Positions 8,938 through 20,933 of a stretch of DNA of 64,000 nt are shown piece after piece (positions within the stretch are counted from its first letter, which is position 1; each line of letters begins with the position of its first letter). A program made the translations under genes and the position numbers. The notes under the pieces were generated by a model. The model was not told the DNA's origin and made no database searches. It saw nothing but the letters and a program-made list of their open reading frames with translations. This DNA comes from an uncultured Pelagibacteraceae bacterium (GTDB lineage Bacteria > Pseudomonadota > Alphaproteobacteria > Pelagibacterales > AG-422-B15), in NCBI GenBank assembly GCA_902617525.1, contig CACMWW010000002.1, positions 59,425-123,424 of the forward strand. Direction: 5' to 3'.

Positions 8938-9786
8938 TTACATTCCGTAGGCTGCAATGGTTGTGCGGTGTAAAAGACGCTCTTGTCCTTCATATCCGCC
9001 GGTTGCTCGGTGTAGAACGCTTCTATTATCCCACATAATTAACATATCTTTTTTCCATTTATGCCTATAAACAAATTCATCTCTACACTGCCATGCACTC
9101 AATTCCATAAGTAATTTCATAGCTTCCTGGTTATCCATACCATCAATACCAATGATATAACCAACTGTACCATAAATACCCTCTTTATTTGTTTCAGGAT
9201 GATTCTTAATAATAGGATGTATTTGTTGAGCAAAAGCATCATCCGACGCTCTTATATCCATGCTTCTTCCCATTTCTCTATCCCTATCACCGTAACCACC
9301 CCCCGGTGAATAAGGCACAAGGGCTGAATGAATTGCTTTTTTCCCCTCCAACTTTTTTCTTAGTTCTGAAGGCATGCGCTCTAATGCTAAATGTTGATTA
9401 GCAAACAACGTATCACCACCTTCTGATGGAATTATTTTTCCAAATAAACATGTACCTGCTGGTGGATTTTTTTGAAAACTCCAATCAGTGTGCCAGTTGT
9501 CTGCAAAAATTGGCACCTTTTCATCTGCGGTTCTTTTAACTGCAATAATATTTTCTCTACCTGGTATTGAGGCAATAAATGGGTCATCTCCAAAAGATCC
9601 AAAATATAGAGTGAAACGTTCTAGATCATCGTCAGATAAGGCTTGGTTGGGGAAACTCAGTATATGATACTTAAGCCAATGATTTCTTATTTCAAAAATT
9701 TGACTCTCAGATAAGTCTTTTTTTAAATCAATTCCTGTTATTTCCGCACCACAAGCCTGATCTGAGACGACTACATTTAAAGACAT
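8938..9786 (-). CDS. TauD/TfdA family 2-oxoglutarate-dependent dioxygenase
   Basis: WHTD, GGDTLF, WDNRSVLHRA, R..LHR motifs. Confidence 0.92.
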   Translation of the reverse strand: MSLNVVVSDQACGAEITGIDLKKDLSESQIFEIRNHWLKYHILSFPNQALSDDDLERFTLYFGSFGDDPFIASIPGRENIIAVKRTADEKVPIFADNWHTDWSFQKNPPAGTCLFGKIIPSEGGDTLFANQHLALERMPSELRKKLEGKKAIHSALVPYSPGGGYGDRDREMGRSMDIRASDDAFAQQIHPIIKNHPETNKEGIYGTVGYIIGIDGMDNQEAMKLLMELSAWQCRDEFVYRHKWKKDMLIMWDNRSVLHRATGGYEGQERLLHRTTIAAYGM

Positions 9787-9842
9787 ATTTTTAAATTATA
9801 GAATATGTTAAAAAAGATTTAAGGGTTAAAATTTATCTTTTT

Positions 9843-9919
9843 TGGTGGGCCCACTAGGACTCGAACCTAGGACAACTCCGTTATGAGCGGAGGGCTCTAA
9901 CCAACTGAGCTATGGGCCC
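9843..9919 (-). tRNA. tRNA-Ile2 (CAT, lysidine-modified type)
   Basis: GGGCCCATAGCTCAGTTGGTTAGAGCCCTCCGCTCATAACGGAG...GTTCGAGTCCTAGTGGGCCCACCA; CAT anticodon, Ile2-like acceptor stem, typical position downstream of rpoD; Met identity not fully excluded. Confidence 0.9.
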
Positions 9920-9959
9920 GGATAAAGCGTTTATACACATAGATTTAAAGTCTTACAAA

Positions 9960-11975
9960 CTAGTTTTTATCCAAAAAGCTCTTTAAAAGTTTTGCTCTAG
10001 TTGGATGCTTGAGTTTTCTGAGTGCTTTTGCTTCTATCTGTCTGATTCTCTCCCTTGTAACTGAGAACTGTTGCCCAACCTCCTCAAGCGTATGATCTGA
10101 ATTCATTCCAATGCCAAATCTCATTCGCAACACTCTCTCTTCACGAGGAGTTAAAGAAGACAATATTTTTGTTGTTGTTTGTCTGAGATTAGAATGAATT
10201 GCAGCATCAATTGGTATTACTGCATTTTCGTCTTGGATAAAATCACCTAAATGACTATCTTCCTCATCTCCAACTGGGGTTTCAAGACTTACTGGCTCTT
10301 TAGCAATCTTTAATACTTTTCTTACTTTCTCAAGAGGCATATTCAACTTTTTCGATATTTCCTCAGGTGTAGGCTCTCTTCCAATTTCGTTTAAAAGAAG
10401 TCTTTGCGTTCTTACAATTTTATTGATTGTTTCAATCATATGCACTGGAATACGAATTGTTCTAGCTTGATCCGCTATTGATCGAGTAATCGCTTGTCTG
10501 ATCCACCATGTAGCGTATGTTGAGAACTTATAACCCCGCCTATATTCAAATTTATCGACAGCTTTCATTAAGCCAATATTTCCTTCTTGTATCAAGTCCA
10601 AGAATTGTAAACCTCTATTAGTATATTTTTTAGCAATAGAAATAACTAAACGAAGGTTTGCCTCAATCATTTCTTTTTTTGCAATACTAGATTCTCTTTC
10701 ACCTTTTTGTACATTGCTTACAATTCTTTTAAATTCGTTTAGAGTTAAGCCTATATTACTTGCAGCAGCTCTAACCTCATTCATAATATTTTTAATATTA
10801 TTTTTTTCTTGTTTAACAAATTTTTCCCAACCGGAAAGCCTAGTGATCTTCCTAAGCCAATATGGGTTATTTTCATTTCCAATATATTTATCAAGAAACT
10901 CATCCCTAGAAATTTTGTATTGTACGGCAAGCCTCAATAATTTTCCTTCTAAAGATACAATATCCTTATTAATTACATATAATTTATTAATTAATTCCTC
11001 TATTTTGTTTGTATTAATCTGTAATCCTTTGATTAATTCAACAACAATAGCTTTAGATGTTTGATAGCTTTTTTCAGACCTTGAAGGAAATTCTTTACCC
11101 TTTTCCTGAAATGCAATTTTATCCTTTTGTAGCTTTTGTAACTTTTTAAAACTTTTATTTAATTTTTTAAATGTTTCAAGGATCTGAGGCTTGAGCTCTT
11201 CTTCCATTATTGCAATTGAAACATTCAATTCATCATCGGCATCTTCGTATTCCTCTATAACTTGATCTGCAGAAGTTTCAATCATTGGCTCCGTATCATC
11301 ACCGTAAGTAGAAGATTTTTTTTCAGCCTCTTTTCTTTTTCTAATTTCTTCTTTTTCTTCTTGTTCTTTTCTTTTTTTTGCTTCTTTTATTTTTTTGCTT
11401 AGTTCTTTTTTATTTGGAGATTCCTCAAACAATGACTCAAGATCAATAACTTCTCTTAACGTTATTTTTTCAGCAATTATATCATCTCTCCAATCAAGTA
11501 TAGCCTGCAGCGTGAGTGGGCTTTCACATAGTCCAGAAATCATTGCTTCTTGACCAGCTTCAATTCGTTTGGCTATCGCAATTTCGCCCTCACGAGATAG
11601 TAGATCAACTGTTCCCATTTCTCTGAGATATAATTTAACTGGATCATCTGTTTTTTCTGTCCCAGATTTTGCTGAAGGTGACTCATCATCTTTGTCGTCA
11701 TCATTATCGGAATCGTCAGAGTCAATAATATCAAATCCAACTTGAGACAGCTTCGTTGTATATTGTTCAATCTGTTCAGAGGTAAATTTATCTTCAGGAA
11801 AAGATTTTTTAATTAATTCGTGGGTGAGATAACCATCTTTTTTACCTTGCTTAATAAGTTTTTTTATTATTGATTTTTCTAGATCTAAGACAGGACCATC
11901 TTGATCATTTGATTGCGACTGTAAGCTTTCAGCTTCAGCTTTTACCTGCTTTTTTTTTCTACCTCTTTTCTTCAT
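9960..11975 (-). CDS. rpoD: RNA polymerase sigma factor RpoD
   Basis: [51 protein letters not shown]. Confidence 0.98.
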   Translation of the reverse strand: MKKRGRKKKQVKAEAESLQSQSNDQDGPVLDLEKSIIKKLIKQGKKDGYLTHELIKKSFPEDKFTSEQIEQYTTKLSQVGFDIIDSDDSDNDDDKDDESPSAKSGTEKTDDPVKLYLREMGTVDLLSREGEIAIAKRIEAGQEAMISGLCESPLTLQAILDWRDDIIAEKITLREVIDLESLFEESPNKKELSKKIKEAKKRKEQEEKEEIRKRKEAEKKSSTYGDDTEPMIETSADQVIEEYEDADDELNVSIAIMEEELKPQILETFKKLNKSFKKLQKLQKDKIAFQEKGKEFPSRSEKSYQTSKAIVVELIKGLQINTNKIEELINKLYVINKDIVSLEGKLLRLAVQYKISRDEFLDKYIGNENNPYWLRKITRLSGWEKFVKQEKNNIKNIMNEVRAAASNIGLTLNEFKRIVSNVQKGERESSIAKKEMIEANLRLVISIAKKYTNRGLQFLDLIQEGNIGLMKAVDKFEYRRGYKFSTYATWWIRQAITRSIADQARTIRIPVHMIETINKIVRTQRLLLNEIGREPTPEEISKKLNMPLEKVRKVLKIAKEPVSLETPVGDEEDSHLGDFIQDENAVIPIDAAIHSNLRQTTTKILSSLTPREERVLRMRFGIGMNSDHTLEEVGQQFSVTRERIRQIEAKALRKLKHPTRAKLLKSFLDKN

Positions 11976-11976
11976 T

Positions 11977-13782
11977 TTAGTTTTTACTTATGCTTTCTTT
12001 TTTTATTCTCATAAAATTTTCAAAGCTCTTTTCGTCCATATTTTCCTCTAGGTCATTTAGAGCAATGTCTAGGTCACTTTCTTCAATTAAATTTTTATGT
12101 AAGTCTAATAGACCGGTAAAGCTTCTTTCTACCTCTACCTTTTCATTCTTAATTATAGAGCTATAAGTGCTTAGTAGCTTTGGTTGAAATATATATGTAA
12201 TCTCCTGATTTAATCCCTTATCGATTAAATAAGACTTTAAATCAAAGTTTTCAAGCTCTTTATCAACATTAGAAGCTGAGAATTCAAGGATTTCAGATAC
12301 CAATGATGACAAATTGAGATCATTAAAGTGAATTTTTCCTAGTTCTTCTGAGTACTTTGCAATCAAGAACGGATTCTCAATTAAGCAGATTAGTATGATT
12401 TTCTCACGAACGACAGAATCATGACTTTGCTTTTTTACTCTGTCACTAGCAAACATTTCACTAGAAATCCTATTTTTTTTCCTTTGATATTTTACATCGT
12501 AGGTAATATTCCTATTAAATTTTAGTTCACTTAATTTATCGTTAAAAAATTTGTTATAATATTCACGTACTGTTTTGTTATTTATTTTGTTTGTAATTAT
12601 TCTTATCCTTTTTTCAAAACCAGCTTTTTTTTCGGGTATAGAAATATCTTCTTTTTCAAGTTCTGTATCCCATATAAATTCAGATAATGATAAAGAATTA
12701 TCAATAACATCTTGCAAGCTTGATGGGCTATTCTTTTTTAAATAATCATCTGGATCATAATCTTTAGGCAATAAACAAAACCGAAGTGAATGATCAGGCA
12801 TTAAATTATTCAATGCAAGTAATGCAACTCTTTGTGCTGCTTTTTGACCAGCTTCATCTCCATCAAACATGATTATAGGGTTTTGACAAACTTTCCAAGC
12901 TCGTTCAAGTTGGTAACTTGTAAGCGCTGTACCTAATGGTGCTACAGATGATTTAAAGTTATTTTGATATAGTGTGATAACATCCATATATCCTTCAACA
13001 ATAATTAAATTTCTTGGTTTTCTATTGTCTTCAATTGCAAGATTTAAATTATAAAGTTGAAAACTTTTTTTGAAAATTGGACTATCTGATGAATTTATAT
13101 ATTTTATGTTGGAATTATCTAGGGCTCTTCCTCCAAAAGCAATTACGTTTGATTTATAATCTTTAATTGGAAACATAAATCGATTACGAAAGAAATCATA
13201 AAATTCATCTTTTTTCTTATTTGATTTTTTAATTAGACCGATAGAGATTGCGTCATCAATGTTTAATCCTTTTTTTTTAAAATGGTTATATAAATTATTA
13301 TTTCCATTACCAGAATAGCCTAATTCAAATTTTTGAATTATGTTCTCATCAATTGATCTTTTATCAATATACTTTTGAGCTTCTGAACTAGCTTTTAGTT
13401 GGTTCTTAAAATAATTGTTTGCTTCGTTAATTATTTTTTTTAAGCTTGAAAAATCTTTTTCTACATAATTTGGATCTCTAATGATACCAGTTTCAGGATT
13501 CAGACCTGCTTGGTTTGCTAAATATTCAATTGACTCCGGATAAGACATATTTTTATGTTTCATTAAAAAAGAGAATATATCGCCATGCTCAGCACTACTG
13601 AAACAATGAAAGAATTCTTTTTCATCGTTGACAGTGAATGAAGGTGTTTTTTCATTTTTAAAAGGACTTAGCCCAACAAACTCGTTTCCTCTTTGAGTAA
13701 GTTTTACAAACTTTCCAACAACATCTGAAACACGTAATCTTGATTTAATTTCTCCAATAAACTGTTTTGAATATCTAGGCAT
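11977..13782 (-). CDS. dnaG: DNA primase
   Basis: FGGR, KYINS, VEGYMDV, FDGDEAG, DPDD motifs; upstream of rpoD. Confidence 0.97.
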   Translation of the reverse strand: MPRYSKQFIGEIKSRLRVSDVVGKFVKLTQRGNEFVGLSPFKNEKTPSFTVNDEKEFFHCFSSAEHGDIFSFLMKHKNMSYPESIEYLANQAGLNPETGIIRDPNYVEKDFSSLKKIINEANNYFKNQLKASSEAQKYIDKRSIDENIIQKFELGYSGNGNNNLYNHFKKKGLNIDDAISIGLIKKSNKKKDEFYDFFRNRFMFPIKDYKSNVIAFGGRALDNSNIKYINSSDSPIFKKSFQLYNLNLAIEDNRKPRNLIIVEGYMDVITLYQNNFKSSVAPLGTALTSYQLERAWKVCQNPIIMFDGDEAGQKAAQRVALLALNNLMPDHSLRFCLLPKDYDPDDYLKKNSPSSLQDVIDNSLSLSEFIWDTELEKEDISIPEKKAGFEKRIRIITNKINNKTVREYYNKFFNDKLSELKFNRNITYDVKYQRKKNRISSEMFASDRVKKQSHDSVVREKIILICLIENPFLIAKYSEELGKIHFNDLNLSSLVSEILEFSASNVDKELENFDLKSYLIDKGLNQEITYIFQPKLLSTYSSIIKNEKVEVERSFTGLLDLHKNLIEESDLDIALNDLEENMDEKSFENFMRIKKESISKN

Positions 13783-13795
13783 AAATAAAATATAT

Positions 13796-13828
13796 TACTT
13801 GAACTTAGTTAGAAATAACTATCAAGTA
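13796..13828 (-). terminator. Bulged hairpin between yqeY and dnaG (possible attenuator/terminator)
   Basis: TACTTGA-act-TAGTTA-gaaa-TAACTA-TCAAGTA; 13 bp stem followed on - strand by ATATATTTTATTT. Confidence 0.45.
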
Positions 13829-13829
13829 T

Positions 13830-14288
13830 CTATAAATTTTGAAGTTTTTCCTTTATTATTTTACTTGCTAAAGAAATATCAAGAGCAGGTGAACTATTTT
13901 CCTTCAAATACTTTATCACTTTTCCTATTTCCTTCAGTGATTTTGCTTCAGTTGCACCAATCGCTTCTTCACAAGCTACTACAGTCTCTTCCTCACCAAG
14001 TTGCTTAGGAAGAAACTCACTAATAATATCAATCTCGCTATTTTCTTTCTGAACAAGTTCATCTCGTCCAGCTTTTTTAAACATATCAATCGAATCATTT
14101 CTTTGCTTAACCATTTTTTTGAGAAGACTAATAACCGTATCATCTGAAATAGTAGAATCTTCCCCTGAGGATCGACTTGCAATTTCTTTATCTTTAATAG
14201 CGGCTAGTACTAGTCTTAATGTATGGATTCTCTCTTTATCCCCATTTTTGAGAGCATTAGATAATTCGGTTGTGATGTTTTCTTTCAT
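13830..14288 (-). CDS. GatB/YqeY domain protein
   Basis: TLRLVLAAIK, KKMVKQRNDSIDMF, EFLPKQL; canonical position before dnaG. Confidence 0.92.
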   Translation of the reverse strand: MKENITTELSNALKNGDKERIHTLRLVLAAIKDKEIASRSSGEDSTISDDTVISLLKKMVKQRNDSIDMFKKAGRDELVQKENSEIDIISEFLPKQLGEEETVVACEEAIGATEAKSLKEIGKVIKYLKENSSPALDISLASKIIKEKLQNL

Positions 14289-14383
14289 TTGAAATAAACA
14301 TAAAATTTACATCATCAGATATATTGTGGCAATAATAGATCTAATATTTATTATCTTATCTAACTATTGCATGAATTCCCCAT

Positions 14384-14411
14384 TTGCACTAGATTTCTAT
14401 AAATCTAGAAT
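14384..14411 (+). promoter_or_regulatory. Putative sigma70 promoter of carAB overlapped by inverted repeat
   Basis: TTGCAC-N16-TAGAAT; CTAGATTT-ctat-AAATCTAG palindrome at 14389-14408. Confidence 0.4.
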
Positions 14412-14419
14412 CACTACAT

Positions 14420-15568
14420 ATGGCCAATGCGAATAGGTTGAAAAAAGATCACTCAACAACTCGACCTAAACCTATTGATGGTCAACTTGTTCTAGAAGAT
14501 GGCTCCCGATTTAATGGACTAAAAATTGGTTCTCCTAATATGGGAATAGGAGAAGTTTGTTTTAATACCTCAATGACAGGCTATCAGGAAATAATAACTG
14601 ACCCTTCTTATGCAGGACAAATTATCAATTTTACTTTTCCTCACATTGGTAATGTAGGCACAAATCTTGATGATAATGAGTCAAGAAAACCTTATGCGAA
14701 AGGAATCATAATTAACTGTGATATCTCTGATCCATCAAACTATAGATCCATCCTTCATCTTGACGCGTGGCTTAAAAAAAACAATGTACCAGGTATTTGC
14801 AATATTGATACAAGACTAATTACGAATAGAATCCGTTCTAAAGGTGCTCCGAAAGGTGGTATTGTCGAAGGTCCAATAAACAGTAAAAAGACTGCATCTT
14901 GTTTAAAGGAAATAAAAAAATGGAAAGGACTTAATGGACTTGATCTAGCTATCGATGTGTCACGCAAAGATATAAAAATTTATAAAACAAATAAAAATTC
15001 AAAACTAAAAGTAGTAGCAATAGATTATGGAATTAAGAAAAATATATTAAATTGCTTATTAGATCTAAATTTAGAGGTTATTTTAGTTCCAGCAAAAACT
15101 TCTGTAGATAAGATTCTTTCTTATAGTCCTAATGGTATTTTTCTTTCGAACGGTCCAGGTGATCCGAAAGCAACGGGGAGATACGCTATTCCAATTATAA
15201 AAAAACTAATCAAATCAAAGATCCCATTATTTGGAATATGTCTTGGTCATCAACTTATTTCTCTGGCATTAGGGGCAAAGACAAAAAAAATGTTCCAAGG
15301 TCACAGAGGGGCTAATCATCCTGTAAAAAATCTTGAAACAGAAAAAGTAGAAATCACATCTCAAAATCATGGTTTTGAGGTAACTGAAAAATCTATTCCA
15401 AAAGATGTAAAAATAACTCATAAATCACTGTTCGATGGAAGTGTTGAAGGCATAAGAAAAGGAAGGAATATATTTGCAGTCCAATATCATCCAGAAGCAA
15501 GCCCAGGACCGCACGATAGTCATTATCTTTTTCAAGAATTTAAAAAAATGATTAGAGAAAATGCCTAA
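14420..15568 (+). CDS. carA: Carbamoyl-phosphate synthase small subunit
   Basis: [34 protein letters not shown]. Confidence 0.98.
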   Translation: MANANRLKKDHSTTRPKPIDGQLVLEDGSRFNGLKIGSPNMGIGEVCFNTSMTGYQEIITDPSYAGQIINFTFPHIGNVGTNLDDNESRKPYAKGIIINCDISDPSNYRSILHLDAWLKKNNVPGICNIDTRLITNRIRSKGAPKGGIVEGPINSKKTASCLKEIKKWKGLNGLDLAIDVSRKDIKIYKTNKNSKLKVVAIDYGIKKNILNCLLDLNLEVILVPAKTSVDKILSYSPNGIFLSNGPGDPKATGRYAIPIIKKLIKSKIPLFGICLGHQLISLALGAKTKKMFQGHRGANHPVKNLETEKVEITSQNHGFEVTEKSIPKDVKITHKSLFDGSVEGIRKGRNIFAVQYHPEASPGPHDSHYLFQEFKKMIRENA

Positions 15569-18500
15569 GAGAAAGGACATAAAATCTATTTTAATTGTTG
15601 GAGCTGGTCCAATAATAATTGGACAAGCATGCGAGTTCGATTATTCAGGAACACAGGCATGTAAGGCATTACGAGAAGAGGGGTATAGAGTAATTTTAAT
15701 TAATTCTAATCCTGCAACTATAATGACTGACCCTGATACTGCTGATGTAGTATACATCGAACCAATCACTCCTGAGATTGTCGCAAAAATAATTAAGAAA
15801 GAAAAACCCGATGTACTTTTGCCAACAATGGGTGGTCAGACAGCATTAAACATAGCAATTGAACTTTCGAAAAATGGGACATTAAGAAAGTACAAAGTTG
15901 AATTAATCGGAGCAAATCTTAAAGCAATCAAAAAAGCAGAGGAAAGGGAAAGTTTCTATAAAGCCATGACTAAGATTGGCTTGGAATGCCCAAGAGCAGA
16001 AATTGCTAGAAATTTTAAAGAAGCAAAAAAAGCCCTAAAGAAAATTGGATTACCCGTCATCATAAGACCATCGTTTACACTTGGAGGTACAGGTGGAGGG
16101 ATAGCAACTACCGAGAAACAGTTCGAAGAAATTGCAAATTCCGGACTTTATAACTCACCGATAAATGAAATTTTAATTGAAGAGTCTGTAGCTGGATGGA
16201 AAGAATTCGAAATGGAAGTTGTGAGAGACAAAAATGACAATTGTATAATCATATGCTCAATTGAAAATGTAGACCCTATGGGAGTCCATACAGGTGATTC
16301 AATAACAATAGCTCCTGCACTTACTTTAACTGATAAAGAATATCAAATTATGAGAAACGCATCTATTGCATGTCTGAGAGAAATTGGTGTTGAAACTGGA
16401 GGCTCTAATGTTCAATTTGCTGTCAACCCAAAAAATGGAAGGCTTGTAATTATTGAAATGAACCCAAGAGTATCTAGATCTTCTGCTTTAGCTTCTAAGG
16501 CGACAGGTTTTCCAATTGCCAAAGTTGCCGCTAAATTGGCAGTTGGGTACACATTAGATGAACTTACTAACGAAATTACAAAAGTCACACCTGCATCGTT
16601 TGAGCCAACAATTGACTATGTGGTTACAAAAATTCCAAGATTTACCTTTGAAAAATTTCAATTAACGCAACCTTTATTATCAAGTTCAATGAAATCTGTT
16701 GGTGAAGTCATGGCTATTGGAAGGTCATTTCCAGAGTCATTGCAAAAAGCAATGAGGTCGCTTGAAACTGGTTTAGACGGCTTAGACGAAGTAACTGTAA
16801 GTATGAATAAAAAAAAGCTCACAAAGAAAAATATTTTATCTGAACTTAAGAAACCTCTTGCAGATAAACTATTATTAGTGGCACAGGCACTACGTTTTGG
16901 ATTAGATATAGTTCAAATTCATAAGTCCTCAAAAGTTGATCCTTGGTTTATAGGCCAAATAAAAAGCATAGTTGATATGGAAAAAACCCTAAAAAAAGGA
17001 TTGCCACGAAACGCTATAGATTTGCTTAGAATAAAATCTTTGGGATTTTCAGACAAAAAAATATCACAGCTTTGTAATACTAAGGAAGAGAAAATTTTTG
17101 ATATGCGTGTCAAAAACAAAATTTTTCCTGACTTTAAAAGAATAGATACCTGTGCTGCTGAGTTTGAAGCTAAGACTCCATACATGTACTCAACTTACGC
17201 TAAAAATTCTTTAAATAGTGATGCATGCGAATCCAGTCCAACAAGTAAAAAAAAGGTAATTATTCTTGGAAGCGGTCCAAATAGAATTGGACAAGGTGTT
17301 GAATTTGATTATTGCTGCTGTCATGCATCATTTGCCCTAAAAGAATTAAAATATGAGACAATCATGATAAACTGTAATCCGGAGACAGTCTCTACCGATC
17401 CAGATACCAGTGACAGACTTTATTTTGAACCCCTTACGAATGAAAATGTATATGAAATTATTAGAAAGGAAAAAAGCAAAGGAAATCTTTTAGGGGTTAT
17501 TGTTCAATTCGGCGGTCAGACGCCTCTTAAGTTGTCTGACTATTTAAATAAAATGAATATACCAATTTTGGGTACTTCAACTGAGTCGATAGACACTGCT
17601 GAGGATAGAGAAAAATTTAAAAAGATTTCTGAAAACTTAAATCTATTGCAACCAGCAAATGGTATCGCGTATTCTGAAAAAGAAGCAAACTCAGTAATTA
17701 AGAAAATAGGTTTTCCAGCAGTGATAAGGCCATCATATGTATTAGGCGGAAGAGCTATGGAAATTGTTCACAATGAAGATGAATTAAAAAAATACTTCAA
17801 AGAAGCTGTAGTAGTTAGTGGTAAAAGCCCTGTTCTAATTGATCACTATTTGAAAGACTCTATTGAAGTAGATGTCGATGCTGTATCTGATGGAAAAAAA
17901 GTCATTATTGCAGGTATTATGGAACATATTGAGGAAGCAGGAATCCATTCTGGTGACTCGACATGCACGTTGCCTCCCTACTCATTGTCGGAAAAAATCA
18001 TTAAAGATATAGAAAAGCAGACCAAAAAATTAGCCATTGCGCTAAAGGTGAAGGGCTTACTAAATATACAATTTGCAATTCAAAATAATAATATATTTTT
18101 ACTTGAAGTTAACCCTAGAAGCAGTCGAACTGTTCCGTTTGTAGCTAAAGCCACAGGTAATCCAATTGTAAAAATAGCACTCAGTGCAGCAATGGGAAAA
18201 CCGTTGAATAAAGATAAATTTAAGAATGGTAAAACTAATTGTATCTCAATTAAAGAACCTGTATTTCCTTTTAAACGTTTTCCTAATGTTGATACCATCT
18301 TAGGCCCTGAAATGAAATCTACTGGGGAGGTAATGGCCATCGATAGGTCATTTGAGTCAGCTTTTATTAAATGTCAGTTAGCTTCCTCTAACCCTCTTCC
18401 AAGGAAAGGTTCTTTATTCGTATCTGTAAAAGATTCTGATAAACCAAAAATACTTCCAATTATAAGATCCTTTCAAAAATTAGGATTTCAAGTGAATGCG

Positions 18501-18797
18501 ACTGCAGGAACAGCTGATTATTTAATTGAGGGTGGTGTTAAGGTTAAGAAAATTAACAAGGTTTCTCAAGGATCACCTCATATTGTTGAAGAGTTAATTG
18601 ATGACAAAGTTGATATAATAATAAATACAACTGAAGGAAGAAAATCAATTAATGACTCCTTTGGCATAAGAAGAACTGCTCTCATGAAAAGTTTGCCATA
18701 CTTTCTCACGGTATCTGGTGCAAGGGCTGCAATTAATTCAATTAAAGAATTAAGAAATAATGAATTAGAAGTTAACCCTATAACTAAATTTCACTAA
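15561..18797 (+). CDS. carB: Carbamoyl-phosphate synthase large subunit
   Basis: [24 protein letters not shown], duplicated ATP-grasp, MGS domain. Confidence 0.99.
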   Translation: MPKRKDIKSILIVGAGPIIIGQACEFDYSGTQACKALREEGYRVILINSNPATIMTDPDTADVVYIEPITPEIVAKIIKKEKPDVLLPTMGGQTALNIAIELSKNGTLRKYKVELIGANLKAIKKAEERESFYKAMTKIGLECPRAEIARNFKEAKKALKKIGLPVIIRPSFTLGGTGGGIATTEKQFEEIANSGLYNSPINEILIEESVAGWKEFEMEVVRDKNDNCIIICSIENVDPMGVHTGDSITIAPALTLTDKEYQIMRNASIACLREIGVETGGSNVQFAVNPKNGRLVIIEMNPRVSRSSALASKATGFPIAKVAAKLAVGYTLDELTNEITKVTPASFEPTIDYVVTKIPRFTFEKFQLTQPLLSSSMKSVGEVMAIGRSFPESLQKAMRSLETGLDGLDEVTVSMNKKKLTKKNILSELKKPLADKLLLVAQALRFGLDIVQIHKSSKVDPWFIGQIKSIVDMEKTLKKGLPRNAIDLLRIKSLGFSDKKISQLCNTKEEKIFDMRVKNKIFPDFKRIDTCAAEFEAKTPYMYSTYAKNSLNSDACESSPTSKKKVIILGSGPNRIGQGVEFDYCCCHASFALKELKYETIMINCNPETVSTDPDTSDRLYFEPLTNENVYEIIRKEKSKGNLLGVIVQFGGQTPLKLSDYLNKMNIPILGTSTESIDTAEDREKFKKISENLNLLQPANGIAYSEKEANSVIKKIGFPAVIRPSYVLGGRAMEIVHNEDELKKYFKEAVVVSGKSPVLIDHYLKDSIEVDVDAVSDGKKVIIAGIMEHIEEAGIHSGDSTCTLPPYSLSEKIIKDIEKQTKKLAIALKVKGLLNIQFAIQNNNIFLLEVNPRSSRTVPFVAKATGNPIVKIALSAAMGKPLNKDKFKNGKTNCISIKEPVFPFKRFPNVDTILGPEMKSTGEVMAIDRSFESAFIKCQLASSNPLPRKGSLFVSVKDSDKPKILPIIRSFQKLGFQVNATAGTADYLIEGGVKVKKINKVSQGSPHIVEELIDDKVDIIINTTEGRKSINDSFGIRRTALMKSLPYFLTVSGARAAINSIKELRNNELEVNPITKFH

Positions 18798-19264
18798 TCT
18801 AGAGGAACAGTACCTAGTTTCTTTGTATTTTTTATGACAAAAGCTGTTTTGACACTCAAAATATTTTCATTCGAAGTCACATGTGTTGTTAAGAAATTAT
18901 TAAATTCATTCATATTTTTCACCACACATTTAAGAATAAAATCTATTTCACCGTTTAGCATAAAACATTCTCTAATAGGCTCCCAACCCCAGACCAGCTT
19001 TTCAAAAGATCCTAGACTTTCTTCATTTTGATTTTTTAAACTCACAAATATCCATGCTACTAGGTCATATCCAAGCTTTGATGGATCTAGATTTGCACGA
19101 AAACCATCAATATACCCATTATCTTCTAAGTCTCTTACTCTTCTTAGTGTAGGTGGTGGGGACATTTCAATTTTTTTAGATAGATCTAGATTTGAAATTC
19201 TTCCTTCATCTTGAAGTATTCGAAGTATTTTTAGATCAACGCTATCAATTTCTTTTTTTACCAT
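18794..19264 (-). CDS. Lrp/AsnC family transcriptional regulator
   Basis: [16 protein letters not shown]...[11 protein letters not shown]; start re-called at ATG 19264 (TGATG coupling). Confidence 0.92.
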   Translation of the reverse strand: MVKKEIDSVDLKILRILQDEGRISNLDLSKKIEMSPPPTLRRVRDLEDNGYIDGFRANLDPSKLGYDLVAWIFVSLKNQNEESLGSFEKLVWGWEPIRECFMLNGEIDFILKCVVKNMNEFNNFLTTHVTSNENILSVKTAFVIKNTKKLGTVPLD

Positions 19265-19890
19265 CAGTCTACTGGCCACTCTGTTTCAAAAGTAACATAA
19301 TTTAATTGCAAGCAGCGTCTTTCTTTTTTAATTTTTTTCTTTTCAAGTCCATGCCAAGAGTTTTCTTCTGAAGTAAAAATATAACCTGTATTATTTTTAT
19401 AAGGTAGAGTTTTAGCAACTTTCAAATCCGGAGTATAAAAGTCTGTTCCTAAATTTTCATTTTCTCCGTATCTGTTTACAAACAAAATTGATGACATTAA
19501 TTTTTCCTTAATGTCACAGTGAGGTTCAAGCCAAAATCCATCTCGATCGGCAATGACTTCTAATCTAACATAAGAATTCTTTAGATCTCTATTGATTAGA
19601 TTAGAAATGAAATTAGTACATTCTTTTGATTGCATTTCTTTTACCAATCCAGTTAATTCAGAATATTCCTCTGCATTATCTTTATTAATAAATATTCTTA
19701 ACTTACTAAGTAAGTTATCCCCTGTTTTATCTCCTGCTCTTGTACCATCGAAAATAACTTTACCTTCGGGAAAATTAATAGAATAAATTTCATCTATTGC
19801 TTTTTCTGAAAGAGGATTATTAATTGTCCAATGATTAAAAGGTACATTGGAATGTGATAAATTATTTTTCAAAGCATTGATTAATGTCAT
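19264..19890 (-). CDS. 2OG-Fe(II) oxygenase
   Basis: HxD (PHCD), distal His (WHG), R.C.QLNY. Confidence 0.8.
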   Translation of the reverse strand: MTLINALKNNLSHSNVPFNHWTINNPLSEKAIDEIYSINFPEGKVIFDGTRAGDKTGDNLLSKLRIFINKDNAEEYSELTGLVKEMQSKECTNFISNLINRDLKNSYVRLEVIADRDGFWLEPHCDIKEKLMSSILFVNRYGENENLGTDFYTPDLKVAKTLPYKNNTGYIFTSEENSWHGLEKKKIKKERRCLQLNYVTFETEWPVD

Positions 19891-20861
19891 GCTTTTTTAT
19901 TATACCTTTTTTCAATCATTCTGGCTACTTGCAAGGTCTCATTTTCATATGAATTTGTAAAGTCTTCGAGTTTTTCTCCTAAAAGCCTTGCGTAATTTTT
20001 TTTCAATAGCATCGTAATAAATTTTTCTATTCTGTTATTTTTTTTTAAGCTTGGAAGTCTAAAAATATATACTGGTTTTGTTGAAGATATAGACTCTGAA
20101 ATTATTGAAACAGAGTCAGCTGTACAAATAAGATATTTAGAAAACTTCATTAAGGCCAAATAAGGATTACCTTCGCCGTTCCAAATAATATTCTGATCCA
20201 AAAAGCGTTCTTTCAGGTATTCGATAATAAATTGATCAGTTCTTCTTGAAAATAAAATGTATAACTGAATGTCATTATTTTTAATAATTTTATCAACTTG
20301 ATCAGCTAATACCTTAACAACAGAAATATCGAAGCGATAGTTTCGGTTTTGACCACCTAAGAAAATTGCACAAATAGGTTTTTCTATTTTTGAGAATTGA
20401 GCTGCATAAATCTCAGCCTCTTTGCTCAGTAGACTTTTGTTTATATGATTAAGTGCCAAATCAGTTTGAAGTACGTTTTTACCTTTTAAGTCATCATGCG
20501 CTGGAGCGACAACCAAATCAAAATGAGCTGGGTTGATTTTTGGATTTTGTATATGAATTGAAAAGACTTTATTTTTTAATGATTTTTTGAGATGTAAAGA
20601 TGCATAAATAGATCTCTTGCCACATGATATAATAATATCTGGAGGAATATTACTTTCTAAGCTTATTTGTCTGTAATTATTAAATATAATTTTAAATGGT
20701 GGCAATATTCCCGCTGGAAGCTTATTCCAAGGAAATTTTAAATCTATTGTCTTTTGCTCAAAATTTAAATTAAGAGCATCTGCAAGGCCTTTGACCTGAC
20801 TGATCATTCCTGCTGATCCATCTGTTAGGCACCACGCTCTCAAATTCTTGAAATTGGTCAT
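19887..20861 (-). CDS. ELM1/GtrOC1 family (putative glycosyltransferase-like) protein
   Basis: TDGSAGMISQ, FDLVVAPAHD, NPYLA, TADSVSIISE motifs. Confidence 0.88.
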   Translation of the reverse strand: MTNFKNLRAWCLTDGSAGMISQVKGLADALNLNFEQKTIDLKFPWNKLPAGILPPFKIIFNNYRQISLESNIPPDIIISCGKRSIYASLHLKKSLKNKVFSIHIQNPKINPAHFDLVVAPAHDDLKGKNVLQTDLALNHINKSLLSKEAEIYAAQFSKIEKPICAIFLGGQNRNYRFDISVVKVLADQVDKIIKNNDIQLYILFSRRTDQFIIEYLKERFLDQNIIWNGEGNPYLALMKFSKYLICTADSVSIISESISSTKPVYIFRLPSLKKNNRIEKFITMLLKKNYARLLGEKLEDFTNSYENETLQVARMIEKRYNKKA

Positions 20862-20933
20862 TTAATAACTATCTATGTTGAATACAAAAGTTCTTTAATT
20901 ACTAGAAGATAATATATAGATTATAAAAATTAA

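Noticed and set aside
9786-9813. ATATGTTAAAA resembling the XerD arm of dif
   Set aside because: No XerC-like arm at the 6-bp spacing; AT-rich chance match
1-9919. Prophage or integrative element at tRNA-Ile2
   Set aside because: No integrase, phage or transposase genes and no duplicated tRNA 3' end seen in the window
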